Below are positions 1 to 14,300 of a DNA stretch of 64,000 bases, piece by piece. Numbering within the stretch: position 1 is the first letter of the stretch; every line of letters begins with the position of its first letter. The DNA is taken from the NCBI GenBank assembly GCA_051362555.1, contig CM120647.1, positions 10,416,001 to 10,480,000 on the forward strand. Reading direction: 5' to 3'. Origin of the DNA: Lingula anatina. Its lineage: Eukaryota > Animalia > Brachiopoda. The notes under the pieces are model-generated. The model made no database searches. It saw only the letters and a list, made by a program, of their open reading frames with translations, and had not been told where the DNA came from. A program made the translations under genes and the position numbers.

Positions 1-423
1 TATATAATCTGGAAGACAAATAAAAAATCTTTAATGAATTGACTGCGTGAACATTTACGTCAGAGATTTTAAAAGAATTGTAGCAACAAGATACACATTG
101 TCCTCACAGGACCTGGCAACAGAGAACGACAGTCCCTTAAGGATTGAAATGTATATGTGATGTAGTTCAAACAGTGGAACATGATTTGTTTCTTTCCCAT
201 GGCAAGATGAACATATGAAGAATACTCTGCATTAGATTTCAGTTATGTAAAAAAATTTTTGGCACAGCAAGCCATGTGACGTTTGTCAGTATTTGTTTTA
301 TTATTTGTAATGAATGGAATATTCTTCTAATGTGAATTACTAGTACAGCATGTTCATCTACGATAATAATTACACTATATCATACACATGATTCAGTCCA
401 AACTTGTCCCTGTCTCAACTCAC

Positions 424-3400
424 CTGGTCTCCATTATACTGGATATTAAAATGAATATTAGTCCACAGCTGTACTTTGTGATTGTGAGGAAGAAAACCTC
501 CCTCTTCTAGGTGACCAAGAAAACCTCTCACTGGAATGTTGTCTGGAATACAAAATGAAATTCTGTTTTGATAGAGTTCAATTAGACACTTTTTTCTTTA
601 GAATGCTTGGTGCTGTCATTAGTTCAATGATGCATGAAAATCAAGAGTAAATATCTTTAATGAAAATAAATTATTTGTCCCAGCTTCTTACACAGTGCAA
701 ATAGTTGCACGGGTTTAAACAACAATAATATGGCACAAGTAGGCAATAATTTGGCACAAGTACTCACTTTATATGGAGTTTAACCGTTTAACCTTTGCAG
801 CATCTTGATGTAACCATTGATGAGACTGCAATTTAGTGAAAAAGTCAGAAAATATGATGGCGGGTCTAGAGGACCTCCTAGGCCAATGATATTTTTGGCT
901 CCCCAAAAGTCGGAAATATCTAAAAAAATCTCATCCCTGTGTAATTACCAAACTCACCTAGGACAAACTCAAAGTAGTACAGGTCTTCAATGGCCTCTTT
1001 GAGCTGAGCCAGGTCAGCCTCTGACAGGGTCGTCTTACACAGCTCCTGGGCAGGAGAGATGTTCTCTGAAATGTGAAAATAAGGGTTGAAAATCAGACAA
1101 TGTAATGTAATGTATTTCTGGGACTGGCATCTCGCAAGGAATTTTGGCAAAAAATTGATCTATAACCCAAAATTGGTTTAAACTTTTAAAGCATTGTAAC
1201 TAGGTAGGATTTTTACTCTCAGTGTTGACAATACTTTATGCAAGTGTACCACATGCATCTATTGTGGGTCAATTTAATCAATATGCTCACATACTGTACA
1301 GATATAATATCACATACTAGTAGTCTGATAAAAAAAAAAGTACTAGAATTGTACAGATATATTTGTCAGTCTTCTGCAACTACCCTTAAACATTGACCAA
1401 ATTTAATGTTCTACATTAGTATTTACAAGACCATCACAATCATCATCACCAAAACTTTAGGATCCTTTTAAGTTTTGATGGCTAATGGTGTGCAATTTCT
1501 GACAAAATAATTTCTGTATGTATGAATTATTTCTGAAATGTTCATGTCAGCTCGCTAGTTACTTCAAATCTGCACCTACTTTTAAATCTGATGTCGTACA
1601 GAGACTTAGCCATTCTGTCTCCATCCAACACCTCCCCCAACGACAGGCTTTTATGTTCTATCTGGAAAAGATAATAGGAGAATTAGGATAATTACCCACA
1701 TATCTCTAATACTTCTCTTTCTTATATGCTCCCTTTTTCAAACAAATTTAATTTCAGTTAATACAGGGCATTCTCTGCTTTAATACCAACAGCAAGCTCT
1801 GAAGTTCTCTTTATTTCTTTCTTTCCCTTTGTTGATGTATTATTTACAGTACATCTATTTCAGAAATATGATTTAACACATTGAGTTTACTGTGCACTTA
1901 CTGTTTACAGACACACATATTAAAGCACTTCCCACATTTTTCCTAATATATTCTTTCTAATATCACTGTTAACAAAACAGCTGATCGTTACATGAAAACA
2001 GATTCATGAACAGCAAGATATGATTATTTAATTCAGAATCTATACCCTTTACATTATCTTATACTTTTTAAAAATATTTATCTTTCAGGGGCATGTTTAA
2101 CAAGATTCTAAAACAGATTTTAACCTGTTATATAAGGGATTTGAATAACTTTCAAGCATCATTTTTTATGTTTGTGACAAGTTAGTAAATTCCCAAAACA
2201 ACGCGAGAAGAAGATTACTAAATAAGCAATTTGGAAAGCATAGAGACATTAACTGACAACTGACATTTGTAATCCATCATTATAATAAATTTATCAAAAT
2301 CAGCCAAGGTCTTTAATATTTCAGATCAGATATATAAACTGCAGTCCTGGCACATCATGCTATACTTAAACCTTGAAAATTAGTCAGTTCCAACAGCGTT
2401 GATACATTATCAAATATTAATCTATACAAATGCTACTGCCACTTGAATAGACATCATGCTTTTTTAATTGGTTCACTTAAAACTGATATTTGCAGCCAAG
2501 AAAAAGATGGTCATTAACAGCTCTATGTATTTTTTTTTTTTTTTTTTTTTTTGTTGTTGTTCTTTAACAAACCTAGGAGGTAAAACTCATTTTCACCTGG
2601 TGTCAGTGGAAAAAATGTTACGTATCATGTCTACATTAACTCAATACTTCCTTAATAATGACTGAATTTTATTATTTAATCCACATCTCTATACAAAACA
2701 GTCAGGAAATATCCCTATAATTAACAGCTACACAAACACAATATAAAAAAAAAAATATCCAGAAACTCCTTGAACAATTACAGCTGCCAACTTGTACACA
2801 AAGTTTACCAATCTATATTGAAAAATATCCATATTTATACAATATGTCCCTATCTGTTACAACCTACAATCTGTAAGCCCATTCTCCATTCTAATATATA
2901 TGAGATACAATGGAGATGAGGGTAGCTAAATGATTCAGGAAAACATGTTGCTTGCTGCATTAATTCCACATGAAATCCACGTGGCACAGTTAGTCTATAT
3001 TTACTGAACAACGCCTTCTTCGTATTTGTATTCAAAGGTTGTATATATTACAAAGTGACAGGACCATATCTAAACCCTGAGGGAGAGGGGAGAGGGGAGG
3101 GGAAACTCTCGGTCATAAATCACCATCTTCTCATATTTCACATAGATTAAAAACATTTCTCTTTAATTTTAGTCTCTAAATACTTATATTTACTCTGATT
3201 AAACAATATGATAAGAGTTTACATTACTTAACCTTGGCCTAAGGCTACACATCAAAGAGGACATGCGTCCCCTCGACCTTTCCACTTTATTTGTCTGCAA
3301 GTATGTGATTTCCCTCACTTCAAATATAACCCATATATATTTATCTGACCTAAGATTTACTACTGTCTGTGTCATTCCCAGAAGAAACATTGAGTTTTTA

Positions 3401-4236
3401 TGTGTGAGATGGAAATCAATTATGACCTGATGTTGTAAGAAATGCTCCAATACAAAAACATGATTTTTTTCTTTTTATATGAGATGTGAATAAATCATAA
3501 TCTACCATCCTAATATTAATTATGATCCAAAGAGATAATATAGAGTCTGATACTTACTTTTTGAGGCCTACATACAGGTAGCTGATAGTAGTGGTAAGTC
3601 TCATGAGGGTTAAAATATGGTCCTACTTTATTCACATATACTTCTACCTGAAATGTGAGTATGAAATAATATTAACTATGAATGGTAAGAACTGAAAACA
3701 TACTAGCTGTGAGTTAATTCTACCTGATTTATTTCAGTGATATATATATATATATATATGAGTAGCTGGAAATAAAAGCAAAACACAATAAACAACATGC
3801 AAGATGAACATTTCTGAATACATTTTTTCCACTTTTTAATTTTTGAGGTGTGGTATGGAGGGGGTTTACATCTATTACTATATCTTTTGAAATACAATAT
3901 CTAAAGCTGCAAAAATTTGGATAGTTTAAAAACAAACCACAATTTACAAAATATCTGAAGATAAGTAGTAACCCTTCTATAGATTAAGCAAATGTAATGA
4001 AAATTCTGGGCAAGCAGAATTCGGCAAACGTCAAGGGGAGTTCTATGGTGGACAACGCGTAATTTCCATCTATCTGATATAAAGGGCAACCGATAAATAA
4101 ATATCTGAATGCACAGTAAAAATGACAATGATACAATCCTTGATTACAAGCTACTTACTTTCGCTCCATCCTTGTATTTTTCTGCCAAACAGGACGAGAG
4201 TATTGCCAACACAACAAGTGTCCGATGCACGGCCAT
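424..4236 (-). CDS. TM9SF1: Transmembrane 9 superfamily member 1 (N-terminal luminal part; gene continues beyond the left window edge)
   Basis: Exons 4236-4159 (signal peptide [26 protein letters not shown]), 3647-3558 ([30 protein letters not shown]), 1661-1580 ([27 protein letters not shown]), 1065-958 (..[15 protein letters not shown]) and 542-424 ([23 protein letters not shown]). All junctions are GT-AG and phase-consistent; the motifs are characteristic of TM9SF1/EMP70. Confidence 0.93.
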
Positions 4237-5157
4237 CTTGGCGACTCTGTCCTCTCTCCAATGAGATAACGCGAGATTGAATATACTTTTGACAGCATAT
4301 CATTTTACATTATGAAAATATTTTCAAAAAAAGTTAAGTAGATGCAACAATCAATTAATATTGAAATAAGTGTTTTGATGACAGTATTTTACAAAATCCT
4401 TTTTTAAAATGACAGCGGCCTTGGCACTACTTTTATTTGAATGTTATACCGCGCTGTAATTTATGTAAAGCTCACTGTCCTTTCTAAAAATGATAATGAA
4501 AGAGTGTAGTCTTAGAATATGCACAGACAAACAATAATTAATCTCTCTTCGTAGATGCTCTCAGAACAAATGATTTATATATGCCCTTGATTTGTGCGCA
4601 TTAACATCCGTTTTCCATCCTTAGGTGTTGTCAGGCACCACTCAGTTTCTTCTTTGCATAAAATGAGATTCTCCTTTCAACTTTTTATGGACGAAAATGA
4701 CAAAACAACATTAGTAGCATATTCAGCCGAGTATTCAGAAGAGCGAAAAAGTAACAGCAGATCTTAAACTGTCTGTGAAAGAAAAGGTGAGCATATGTTA
4801 GAAATGTTTGAAAACTTCGTCTGCACAACCATTGGACATTCGCTGCTATTTCATTACGTTTGCATTGGTCAAATGACATGGAATGTGATGAAGTATCTCC
4901 ACTGAAAAATATTTGTAATTGATCTAGTGCACCCAGAAAAAAGTTCAAATTACTGTTGTCACACTGTCTTTTTCAATGGTAATTTATTAAGAGCCATGGC
5001 CATTAAAATAATACAACACTGTTCTTCTAAAGAAGAGTTCTTTTGCATTAGCACTCCAATTCAAGCTTTCTGATATGTACTACATGTAACAACATGTGGA
5101 AGACAACACATGAAAGATATATTGTGAAACATGATGTGATAAAATTTCATACCTAGT

Positions 5158-7101
5158 CAGTCTGTGAAATAAGCTTTTTAGATTGGTTGTCCCATCGGAC
5201 AACCATTTTAATTTTTTTGGTTGCCCCCATCCACTTTTGGTTGCCCAAATAAATCGAAGAAAAATAACACAAAACTTCCAAGATCCCTTTTTATTTCAGC
5301 GGGGTGAAGGCTAACATGCACTGTGTAGCTTTAAACAGATTAACTTATGCAAATAAACAGATGATGAGCAGTTTAATGTTAAAGAACCTCAACAGCAACA
5401 ATGCAGCATCTGGTTACGTCTTCCTTCCCACAAACAATTATTTTAAGAACATCTATACATCATCATACATATTGTACAAACACTAAAATATTTTCTAGTA
5501 AAAGAAGGCATTCCAGGTCAAGATTTGAAGACAAGTCAAAATCATAAATGAAGAATATTTTTCAATATATTTACTGCTAGCTAAGTGTAATAGCATTCTC
5601 CATTTCTCTGCCTCTTAGTCTATTAACTTAGTTTCAAATGTGGACACATTAATTTATTATATATACAATTATCATAATAAATTAAAATGCTGCATTTTCT
5701 GCCATATCCATCTCATTAACTTCATCACATTCATCTTCACCATTGTAATAATGATATAGGAAGTACAAGACATGTTGGACAGCATGGACAGACAGGGTGA
5801 TCACAATATAGAGTGTCTGCATATAAAAAGGAATGTCACTGTTTTAAACATAATGAAATGTCTGGTTCAGACTAGTCTCTGAAGGACAAAAAAAAAATAA
5901 TAATAATAAATAAATAAAAACACTGTGTTTTCTTTCATCTTCATAGCTCTCATCTATTTCATCAAATTCATCTGCATCTTCATCATTCCCCATTGAAGAA
6001 ACCAAGGAATCTGTAACTACCTCCTGCTAGAAAAGACAAGTAAATAATTCAATACAAAATATCATACAGTACCATAAAAATGAAAAAAAAAAAAAAAATG
6101 GAAGACTAATTCTTCTCTTTCTAGAAAAAGTGCTTGTCTAAAAATAAATCAATCGTCATCAGAATTTCAATTTTATCTTTTATTTAAAAGAAGTTAAAAT
6201 ACTTAAACGCAGAAAACAAGAACAAGTACAAATTAAAAAAAAATCAAAAAATTTGAACTTACATTTTCTCATGAAAACTCCTAGACGTTCAGATTCTGCC
6301 TTCTGCAGCCGATGCAAGCAGTCCGCCGCGACACTTTGATTAGCAGCACTTGCGCCGTCGCTTTGACATGCGGCTCTGAGGACTTGTGCTTCTTAATGCC
6401 ATCTTACTGTAGTGAGGTTTTGCCTTGAACGAAAGGTGAAGAATCTCCTTGACAGCATGCTTTGCACGCTGAGCTATGCTGTCAAAAACAAGCCAAGTGC
6501 GCCGTGACGGTAGAAATACTCTTCGGCGTATATCTGTTTAACTTCGTATAATTTCTTTTTCTTTGACATTTCTGGCTCAGCTGTTTGTTAGGGTAACCTT
6601 TATCCGGGGTTTGCACCGTCAAAATATTTCAGAAACTTCTCCATGACGAAAGTTGGATAGAGAAACACGCGGTAGATAGAAGTGCCATAATTTTGAAGGG
6701 ACAAATTGTTTCATTTCGACATTGTTTCATTTCGACCAATGAAAAAGCGGCAAACATGACACCCCCCCCTCCCCACTCCCCTGGCATTACGTCATCTTCC
6801 TGTCTAAACGACCAGCTACTGGCAGTGCTATAAATAACTTTAGATCTAATAATAGCAACAGAGTTTCTGCATAAACACGGCGAAGTCAGCAGGTCGGTTA
6901 CTGCGACAGTGAATCTTGTGGAAAACAACGATTTAGGTTAACCTAAAATTTTGTTTTCTGTGTAGATTTTGACATAGATATACTCTTTATGTCCATAAAT
7001 TATTCAGTTGCCCGACCGGACAACAACTTCGTAATTTTAAGTTGCCCGACGTGCTTTTTAGTTGTCCCGGGCAATCGGACAACCGCTTATTTCGCAGACT
7101 G
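5158..7101 (-). mobile_element. Degenerate hAT-like DNA transposon (~1.9 kb) with a TTF-type zinc-finger remnant
   Basis: TIRs CAGTCTGTGAAATAAGC...GCTTATTTCGCAGACTG, subterminal GGTTGTCC/GGACAACC repeats, flanking 6-bp direct repeat CCTAGT. A broken minus-strand frame at ~6570-6360 reads MSKKKK..WLVFD..PFVQG..GIKKHKSSEPH. Confidence 0.75.
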
Positions 7102-7761
7102 CCTAGTTACAAACTGGCGTGCGAGCTCCAATACAGAATCGAGTATAAAGGAAGTTGTTGGCCCACATGATAATATGAAAGTTTGTTTCTGGGCAGGAAA
7201 CATTCCCCAACTTACAGTGAATTGTAGTGCTATCTGAAATGCAAATTAAAAATCCCCCAACTGGCTTATACGAGAGCACTGCCATTTAGAGAGCTACTAA
7301 AAAAGGAGACTAATCCACTCCTTTTTATGAAGATATAGGTCTACTTTTACAAGTTCAACTTCATAAATCACTTCTTTATATTAATTTTATAATGTTATCA
7401 GCCTTATTCTATGACAGAATACATTTTAATTTACATGGGGAAAATGTCAACCAAATCAAAATGTTGAACAAAATCAAGAATGGATTTGGTGAACATGGCA
7501 AAATATTGTTAAAATATATTACATTTGGATTCACTTAAGAAAGTGTTTAACACATGGCTATAGAATAAAATAAATATATACACTTACAGGCATAGAGCTT
7601 CGGAGGCAACATTCAATTTTTATTTAATATTTTCTGAACTACATTTTTATAGGAAGCAACTAAGATGCTCAAGTAGAAATCCAGGCTGTTCCTGTCAGGC
7701 TGGACTCAGCAAGCAGTGTTCATTGTGTACTAGTAATCTGGTAGACAGCCGACAGCTGAGA

Positions 7762-10700
7762 ATGGATTTCCACGCTGCCATGGAGACCCTGGCTGAGGCT
7801 TGGGTGGCTGCCAATACACAGACAGCTCTCACTGCAGAACATCAGGTATAGTGTGCTAATTGTAACTTTATCACATCTAACACACTGTCAGACCTATCAC
7901 ATTGCTAAGACAGCTCTCACTGCAGAACACCAGATATGGTATGGTTTGGTATTGTGTGCATTATAACTTTATCACACATCACACAGTCAGACCTGTAACA
8001 ATGCTAATACACAGCTGACACTGAAATTATGTTAGACCTGCAAAATATATCACCCAACACATTCCCCCAGACCCTCTTCCAGGCTAAATGCAGTCAACCC
8101 ATTTCTAACAGGACATGGCATATATTTGTGATATTGTCTGTCTATTTAGTGGTCATCTCACCCTTGCTTTCTGGAATATAGATATTGTCTGTCCATTCTG
8201 TGGCCTAACACTAAATTCTATGACTGGGTTCCCATACTGAGATAACTCCATAGGGGTTCACGCTAAATTGCTATCAGCTCAAGAGGCTTAAATGTCTGTC
8301 ACACCTACCGAACCAGCTAGGGGTAAAGATAATTACTCCCTAACAGTTTTACTAGGTGGGACTAGCAAGTTAGTGAGACTCCACAGGGAGATAGATTGAT
8401 CCAAATATCTGTGGGAATGGTCCCTATGTCCATCTCATCATTGTTATCAAGTATATTGTATATACTTCATGGGTGATTTTATCTATCCATTCCAGGGCCC
8501 CAGACCCAGTGTGAATAACCTGCCCACCATGTTGCCCAGGGAACAGTTTCAGTGGGGACAGCAGCCTTCACCAGAGAGAGCAGTAGCCCAGCCCAGTACT
8601 TCTTCTGGGGGTAAGAGAGAGAGAGAGAGAGAGGGGGGGGGGGAATAGATGATTAAAAATTATGCATAAATGAATAAAAGTTGCATATGTACAAAATAAT
8701 ATGTGAATATAATAAATATATGAAAAGACACGAAAGTTTGCCTGATTTATCCAACAAAATGGATATTTGGCTGTTGTATTTATGCGCATTGGACCTCCAA
8801 TGTAAAGTTGTGTTCCATCAGTGCTTGAGGTTTTTTAATAGCGCATTTTAATCTTTGGTGAAAAGAGAAATGAGAGAATGAATTTTGTGGATTTTTAAAG
8901 GCACATTTTCATCTTTGGTATGAATGAAGAGGTGGATGGACGGAAGAACAGGTGGGAAGATGTATTTAACATATATACATATACAACATACTCGGACAAT
9001 TCAAATAAAAAGCTATTTAAAGCATCAATTCCTACCAATCCTTTGAAGGAATCATAAAAAAAATTTCACAGTAGTTCGCGAATTTTATAAAAGTGTTGAT
9101 ATGATCCAAATGTAGCTTAAAAACCAGAAAAAATCAGAAATTTATATGTACTGATATTAACTATAATAAAGGGGTTTTACAAATGTATTACTGAGATCAT
9201 AATTAAAATTAATGTTTCTAAAAGCAATGTCTTTTTATGTTTTATGTGTAAACTCAGTTATTTATAAAGATTAGCAATAGCAGTCTTTTTAAATCTAAAA
9301 AAAAGTAGAAACAATATCTCACTTCAATTCTTTAAAGAAAAAAAATCTCACCAAATTCAGTCAGTCATAATCTTTTTCCACCAGATAGATATATATTTAG
9401 AGCCCAGCTCTAATCTGAGCTTAAGCTAAGTCTCTGGGACACGGACGTTCCCTTGATATTAATCTGACATTTGCGTCACTCCTTGGGATTTGTTTAATCC
9501 TACACCAAGTTAAAGCTTGGATTATGACTGAAATTACGGGTTGGATTTTTATAGGAAAAATATTTTATTTATATATATATAAATGTTTTTTTTTATTTAT
9601 TTAAAGAAAACACTGAACACATATAGGATAGATATATGCTATTTCAGGTAGGAGGAAACCTAGTGTTTAGTTAATCCATGTGGAATATCTTTTATTACTT
9701 TAAAGGATTTTGTGTGTTTCTCTTGGATTTGGAACTGGAAGAGGCAGTTTGGACAGAGGCGGTTTATCATTATTATTCTTTAAAAAAAAATTTATGTTAA
9801 TTGAGCATAAATCATACAGTTTGCGTTGTTTTGGCTTTCTACACTGGTTGATATATAAAAATATAATTGATAATGATAATACCATTCACACAAAAGAGAT
9901 TTCAGGTACTCCAGGCCCGTAGCCAGCAATTTCAAAAGGGGGGTTCTTTTTTTGAAAAAGTGGACCTTTTTCCATATAAACGTCATGTACATAGATCAAA
10001 TTTTACCCAGAGTGAACCTTTTCCCAGCAAAAGGGGTGGTTCTTTCGAACCCCACGAACCCCCCCCCCCCTGGCTACAGGCCTGTACTCGTTAACTTTGA
10101 CTGGGTTCCCATCCCTAGATCGTTCTAACGGGATCGGTCCATCTCCATGGGATTTCTCGCTTAATTGCTTTCAGCTCAAGTGGCGTAGACGACTGGGATG
10201 CCTACTAAAGCTGCCAAACGATAGTTAATTACCTCCTATCAGTTTCAGTAGGTTGGACAGACATCTATGCCACCCAAGTTAATTGCAATTAAGGGAGAAT
10301 CTCCTCGGAGATAGTTCGATCCAAAATTAGTATGACCATCTCTGGGAATGGTCTCTTTGTGTTAGTCCAGTGCTGGTGTGACAATTGATATGATGAAATT
10401 TGTATAAATTAGTTCGCTCTCTTCTTTCTTTTAGTGTAATATGTGTAAACCATAATAATAAAAGTGCAATCATACTGAAAGTGCGGTAAACAGCAGAATT
10501 TGCTGTGTACCCTGCTGAAATGATTCAGTTAAGTTGGCACTTGGTTGCCGAACCCTGGCATTCAGTTAAAGTTGAGTCAGTAACTATTGTGTAAACACTC
10601 CTTTTTCCGTATATGATTGGAAAAGAAAGTAAATCCCCTGAATCCTTCATGATATCTTCAGATCCTCTTGTAGTCACAGGTAATGGCTTTCAGACAAGTC

Positions 10701-11321
10701 CATAATCCTGAAATTAAACAGACGTGTACCATATCTTTTTGGTTAATCATAGCTGAACCAGACAAACGGCAGGATGTGTTTTCCAGCATAATCCTGCCAG
10801 ATTTTGCTCTTTTTGAATTCATTTAAACGCCATATCCGTCTTATCTGGAGCTTTGTGTTGTTCCACTAATAAATGTTTTGGATGTTACCTAATGTTTTTG
10901 AACAAACAGTGAAGTGGTGACCTTGAATATTTAGACTGGAAGGAAGAAATGTTTGAATCAAAGTTTTATTATTTTTAATTTAATATCCTAAAATTGATAA
11001 TCCTTTATGTGTATATATGTTTTTTCTGTGTTTGTGAGGAAATTACTACATATCAGAAGATCTATGTATATATGGGAGTATTATTATTTGCACAATTGAC
11101 TTTTATGTATGTATGTATGTATATATAATATAAAAATACATATGCCAAAATATTCTTTTGTTGACTCTCCAACATTAATGTATTATAACAGCTTCAAACA
11201 ATTTGGGCACACACATAAACAGATGTACACATAAGCATGTGCATTTGCAGGTGCACTCCTATTCACATATGTATGCATTTGTGGTTACACTCACACACAC
11301 ACACACACATACGCACACGCA

Positions 11322-11358
<37 letters not shown>

Positions 11359-14300
11359 CCGCTCACGATGAGAACTGTAAGTCAAGGTAAAGAATAAGGA
11401 TTAGGGATTAGCAGCCAATCCTAAATCAATAGTTGATCCAGGGGATTAACAGGGCAGAAGAAGTTAATCCCCTGTCCAGGATGAGATGGCTTAGGCTGGA
11501 TTTCAGTTGACAGCAGGTGTAAAGATGGGAGACCGAGGGAGGGGGGTGAGGGGTGCGTTTAGGACAGGTTTTGACACATTCCGTTTTAGTGTTTTAATAG
11601 ACTCTTGGCAATGCAGTGTTTTTGTTATTTGGTCATTGTGTTATTGCTGATTCGTCCAGTCCTGTGCGCTTTTGCTGACCATTAAATTAAATTTAAGTCA
11701 AGGATATTAGTCCTGTGAGTTTGAACTAAAACATTTTTTACTGACCCCATTCTGAATACATCCTTATGTTGGTACAGTAATACGCTTTAACAGTTTGCAG
11801 TACTTTAATATGTGGAAGCACAAAGTGTGCAGGTGAAAACAGTTGGAGGAGCGCATTGGAAAGTTGGAATTCATATTTGAAATGGTGTGAATTTTATTGA
11901 AGATTCTTTACTAGTGCTGACTTCTGACAGGACAGGAAACAGTTTGCAACAAGAGCTGGTATTTTGTAATAGCTAACACTTTTAGTATATGTATGCAGAT
12001 AGGTTTTGGAGCATATCACAAATCTGGATGAGGAAAAACTGCTTGAATGGAAAATAAGATTCTTACTGACAGCTAACTTGGGAAAGTTCAGATCAAGATT
12101 TTTTTTTTTTTTCATTTTTTATTATGAACTTTTTATGAAGCAATTCACACTAATAGGGGACAGGGATTAAAATGACTAATCCTAAAAAGAAATCATTTGT
12201 GATTTGTAATTAATTATTTGGACCTTATTGCTGAGGGTTAACGAATTGTGTACCACACTTGGCATTGCCATAAACATTGTTGACGGTCCAGTTTGATTGG
12301 ATTAACTGGCCTGCCTGTCTGCTATATAGGATATTGAAAATGGACATGGGCACACAAGCAGAAAAAAGCTGATTACAAATCTAAAAAGATCAGAGAAGTT
12401 TGGACTTGTTTTGTTGGCAAGAAAGAGTATGTTTTTTGATTGGAATAGTTTTGCTCAAAAAATGTGAATTCTGTTGTACTGGAGCCAGTGCTAGGAACAG
12501 AAAAAAAAAATAAAATAAATTGGAATAAGTTTGACTTTGTAATCAGCAATTGTTGAACATGATGGCAATGGAGGATGACTGATCCTTTTTTGTGGAGCAA
12601 TTCTGTCTTTTCTTGAAGAAGGGTCCTTCACCGGAGGAATTCTTATAGTCTACCTCAGTGGGACATACTGTTGTATTGGATACATTTATGAAAGGGGACA
12701 AATTATTGGATGAGAGTAACTTTTGATAAATAAAAAGCATCACTAGGAAGGATATTTGTATTTGAAAGAAAACAAGGATGAATCACTTTGCATGAGGATC
12801 ATTTAAGAACAGATTTGCCTCAAGGACGCACCGGTTACATATTTCTGAACTCTGACAAACTTTTCTCCACGACAAAAATTTTTACTTCTTGCAGATGTAC
12901 CTTTCAGCATACTGACAAAATTCAGTTTCCCCATAGAAGGCAGGCATTACGAGGAGAAATACTTCAGTTTCTGTCAAAGTAAAAAAAAAGTATTACTTAA
13001 AAAGCGTTTGTGATGGGAAAAGCATCAGGTTTGTAAGGCACACACTAACAAACTCAGTTAAATATTGAGACTTGTTCACATGATTATAAAGTTAGTTCAG
13101 AAAAAGACTTATTAATACTATCAGTTAACCAAGTGATATGGTCCACCACGCCCCCCCCCCCCCTTCCTCTTACTTCACTTCCCTCCCTTCACATTTACCT
13201 CAGATTTAAAAAATCCACGTTAAATAACCTTATATCACTAAGTCTTTTCTCAGACTAAGTTAATCTCAGGGGCATAACCAGGCATACGCACAGACGCACT
13301 GTGTATACAATTCTTTTAGCCAACCATGATATTATTCTCCATAAATTCAGTGTATTTTAACAAAATATAATCATACCTGGGAATTTTCAAAATCTGTGCG
13401 TACAATTTTAAAATGTCTGGTCACGCCCCTGAATCTTAATGTGAACTCATTTTTTTTTTTTTTTCATTCTGAAATTCTGTTTCTTTGGTAAGTTGTGAGC
13501 AAGGTAGAGATGGTGATTCATTTTAGTTTCTTGTAGACTGTGCAGGACCGTAGTGGGGGGTGGGGCTTCCAGGGATTCAAATGAACTAGCCCTTTTTGCC
13601 AGGAAAAGGTCCTTTCTGGTAAGGATTTTATCTAGGTTCACAACGATTTCATGGTAAAGGCCCACTTTTTCATAAAAACAACCCCCCTTTTTGAAATTGC
13701 TGGCTATACGCAGTGTTTAAGGGGCTTTGTCTCTGTAAAAAGATTTATATACATGTTTATACTGAAGTACAATTAACACTTTAATCCATGCCATGCTCAA
13801 AGTCATTGCCTTTCTTTGTTTGTAGTGAAAAAAAAAAATTAATGTCAAGTAAAGAAGAAAGGTGCTTATGTATTTCATTTGCATAGGATTATATATTTCA
13901 TAGAGAGAGTCATTTGTAACCCTTCTTGGCTTTGAGGTTGAAAGTTTTTCTTGAAACTGACCTCTGTGTGATTCATTGTCATGTCTTCACTGTTTCCATT
14001 AAGTTAAGCTGGCAACTCTTTGAAAATATCCTGCATAAAGTCATCGAGCACCTCGAGCTTACATGTTGTGTGTTACGTAATGAGAAGGAACTGGGTCTGC
14101 CATTGTTTTTGGGGTTGGTGTAATCTGGATGGAGGATTAAGTATCTGACAGCTGTGTTACAGGCGACACGCCCAGGCTAATCTGGACATTTCCTGCATCG
14201 TCTTAACTCATCCGCGGTGCCTAAGGCCGCATTCAGAACAGTGGACTAATTAGCCCCAGGGTCAAATACGGCCGACCCACTTGAACTCGTCCCTACGGGG

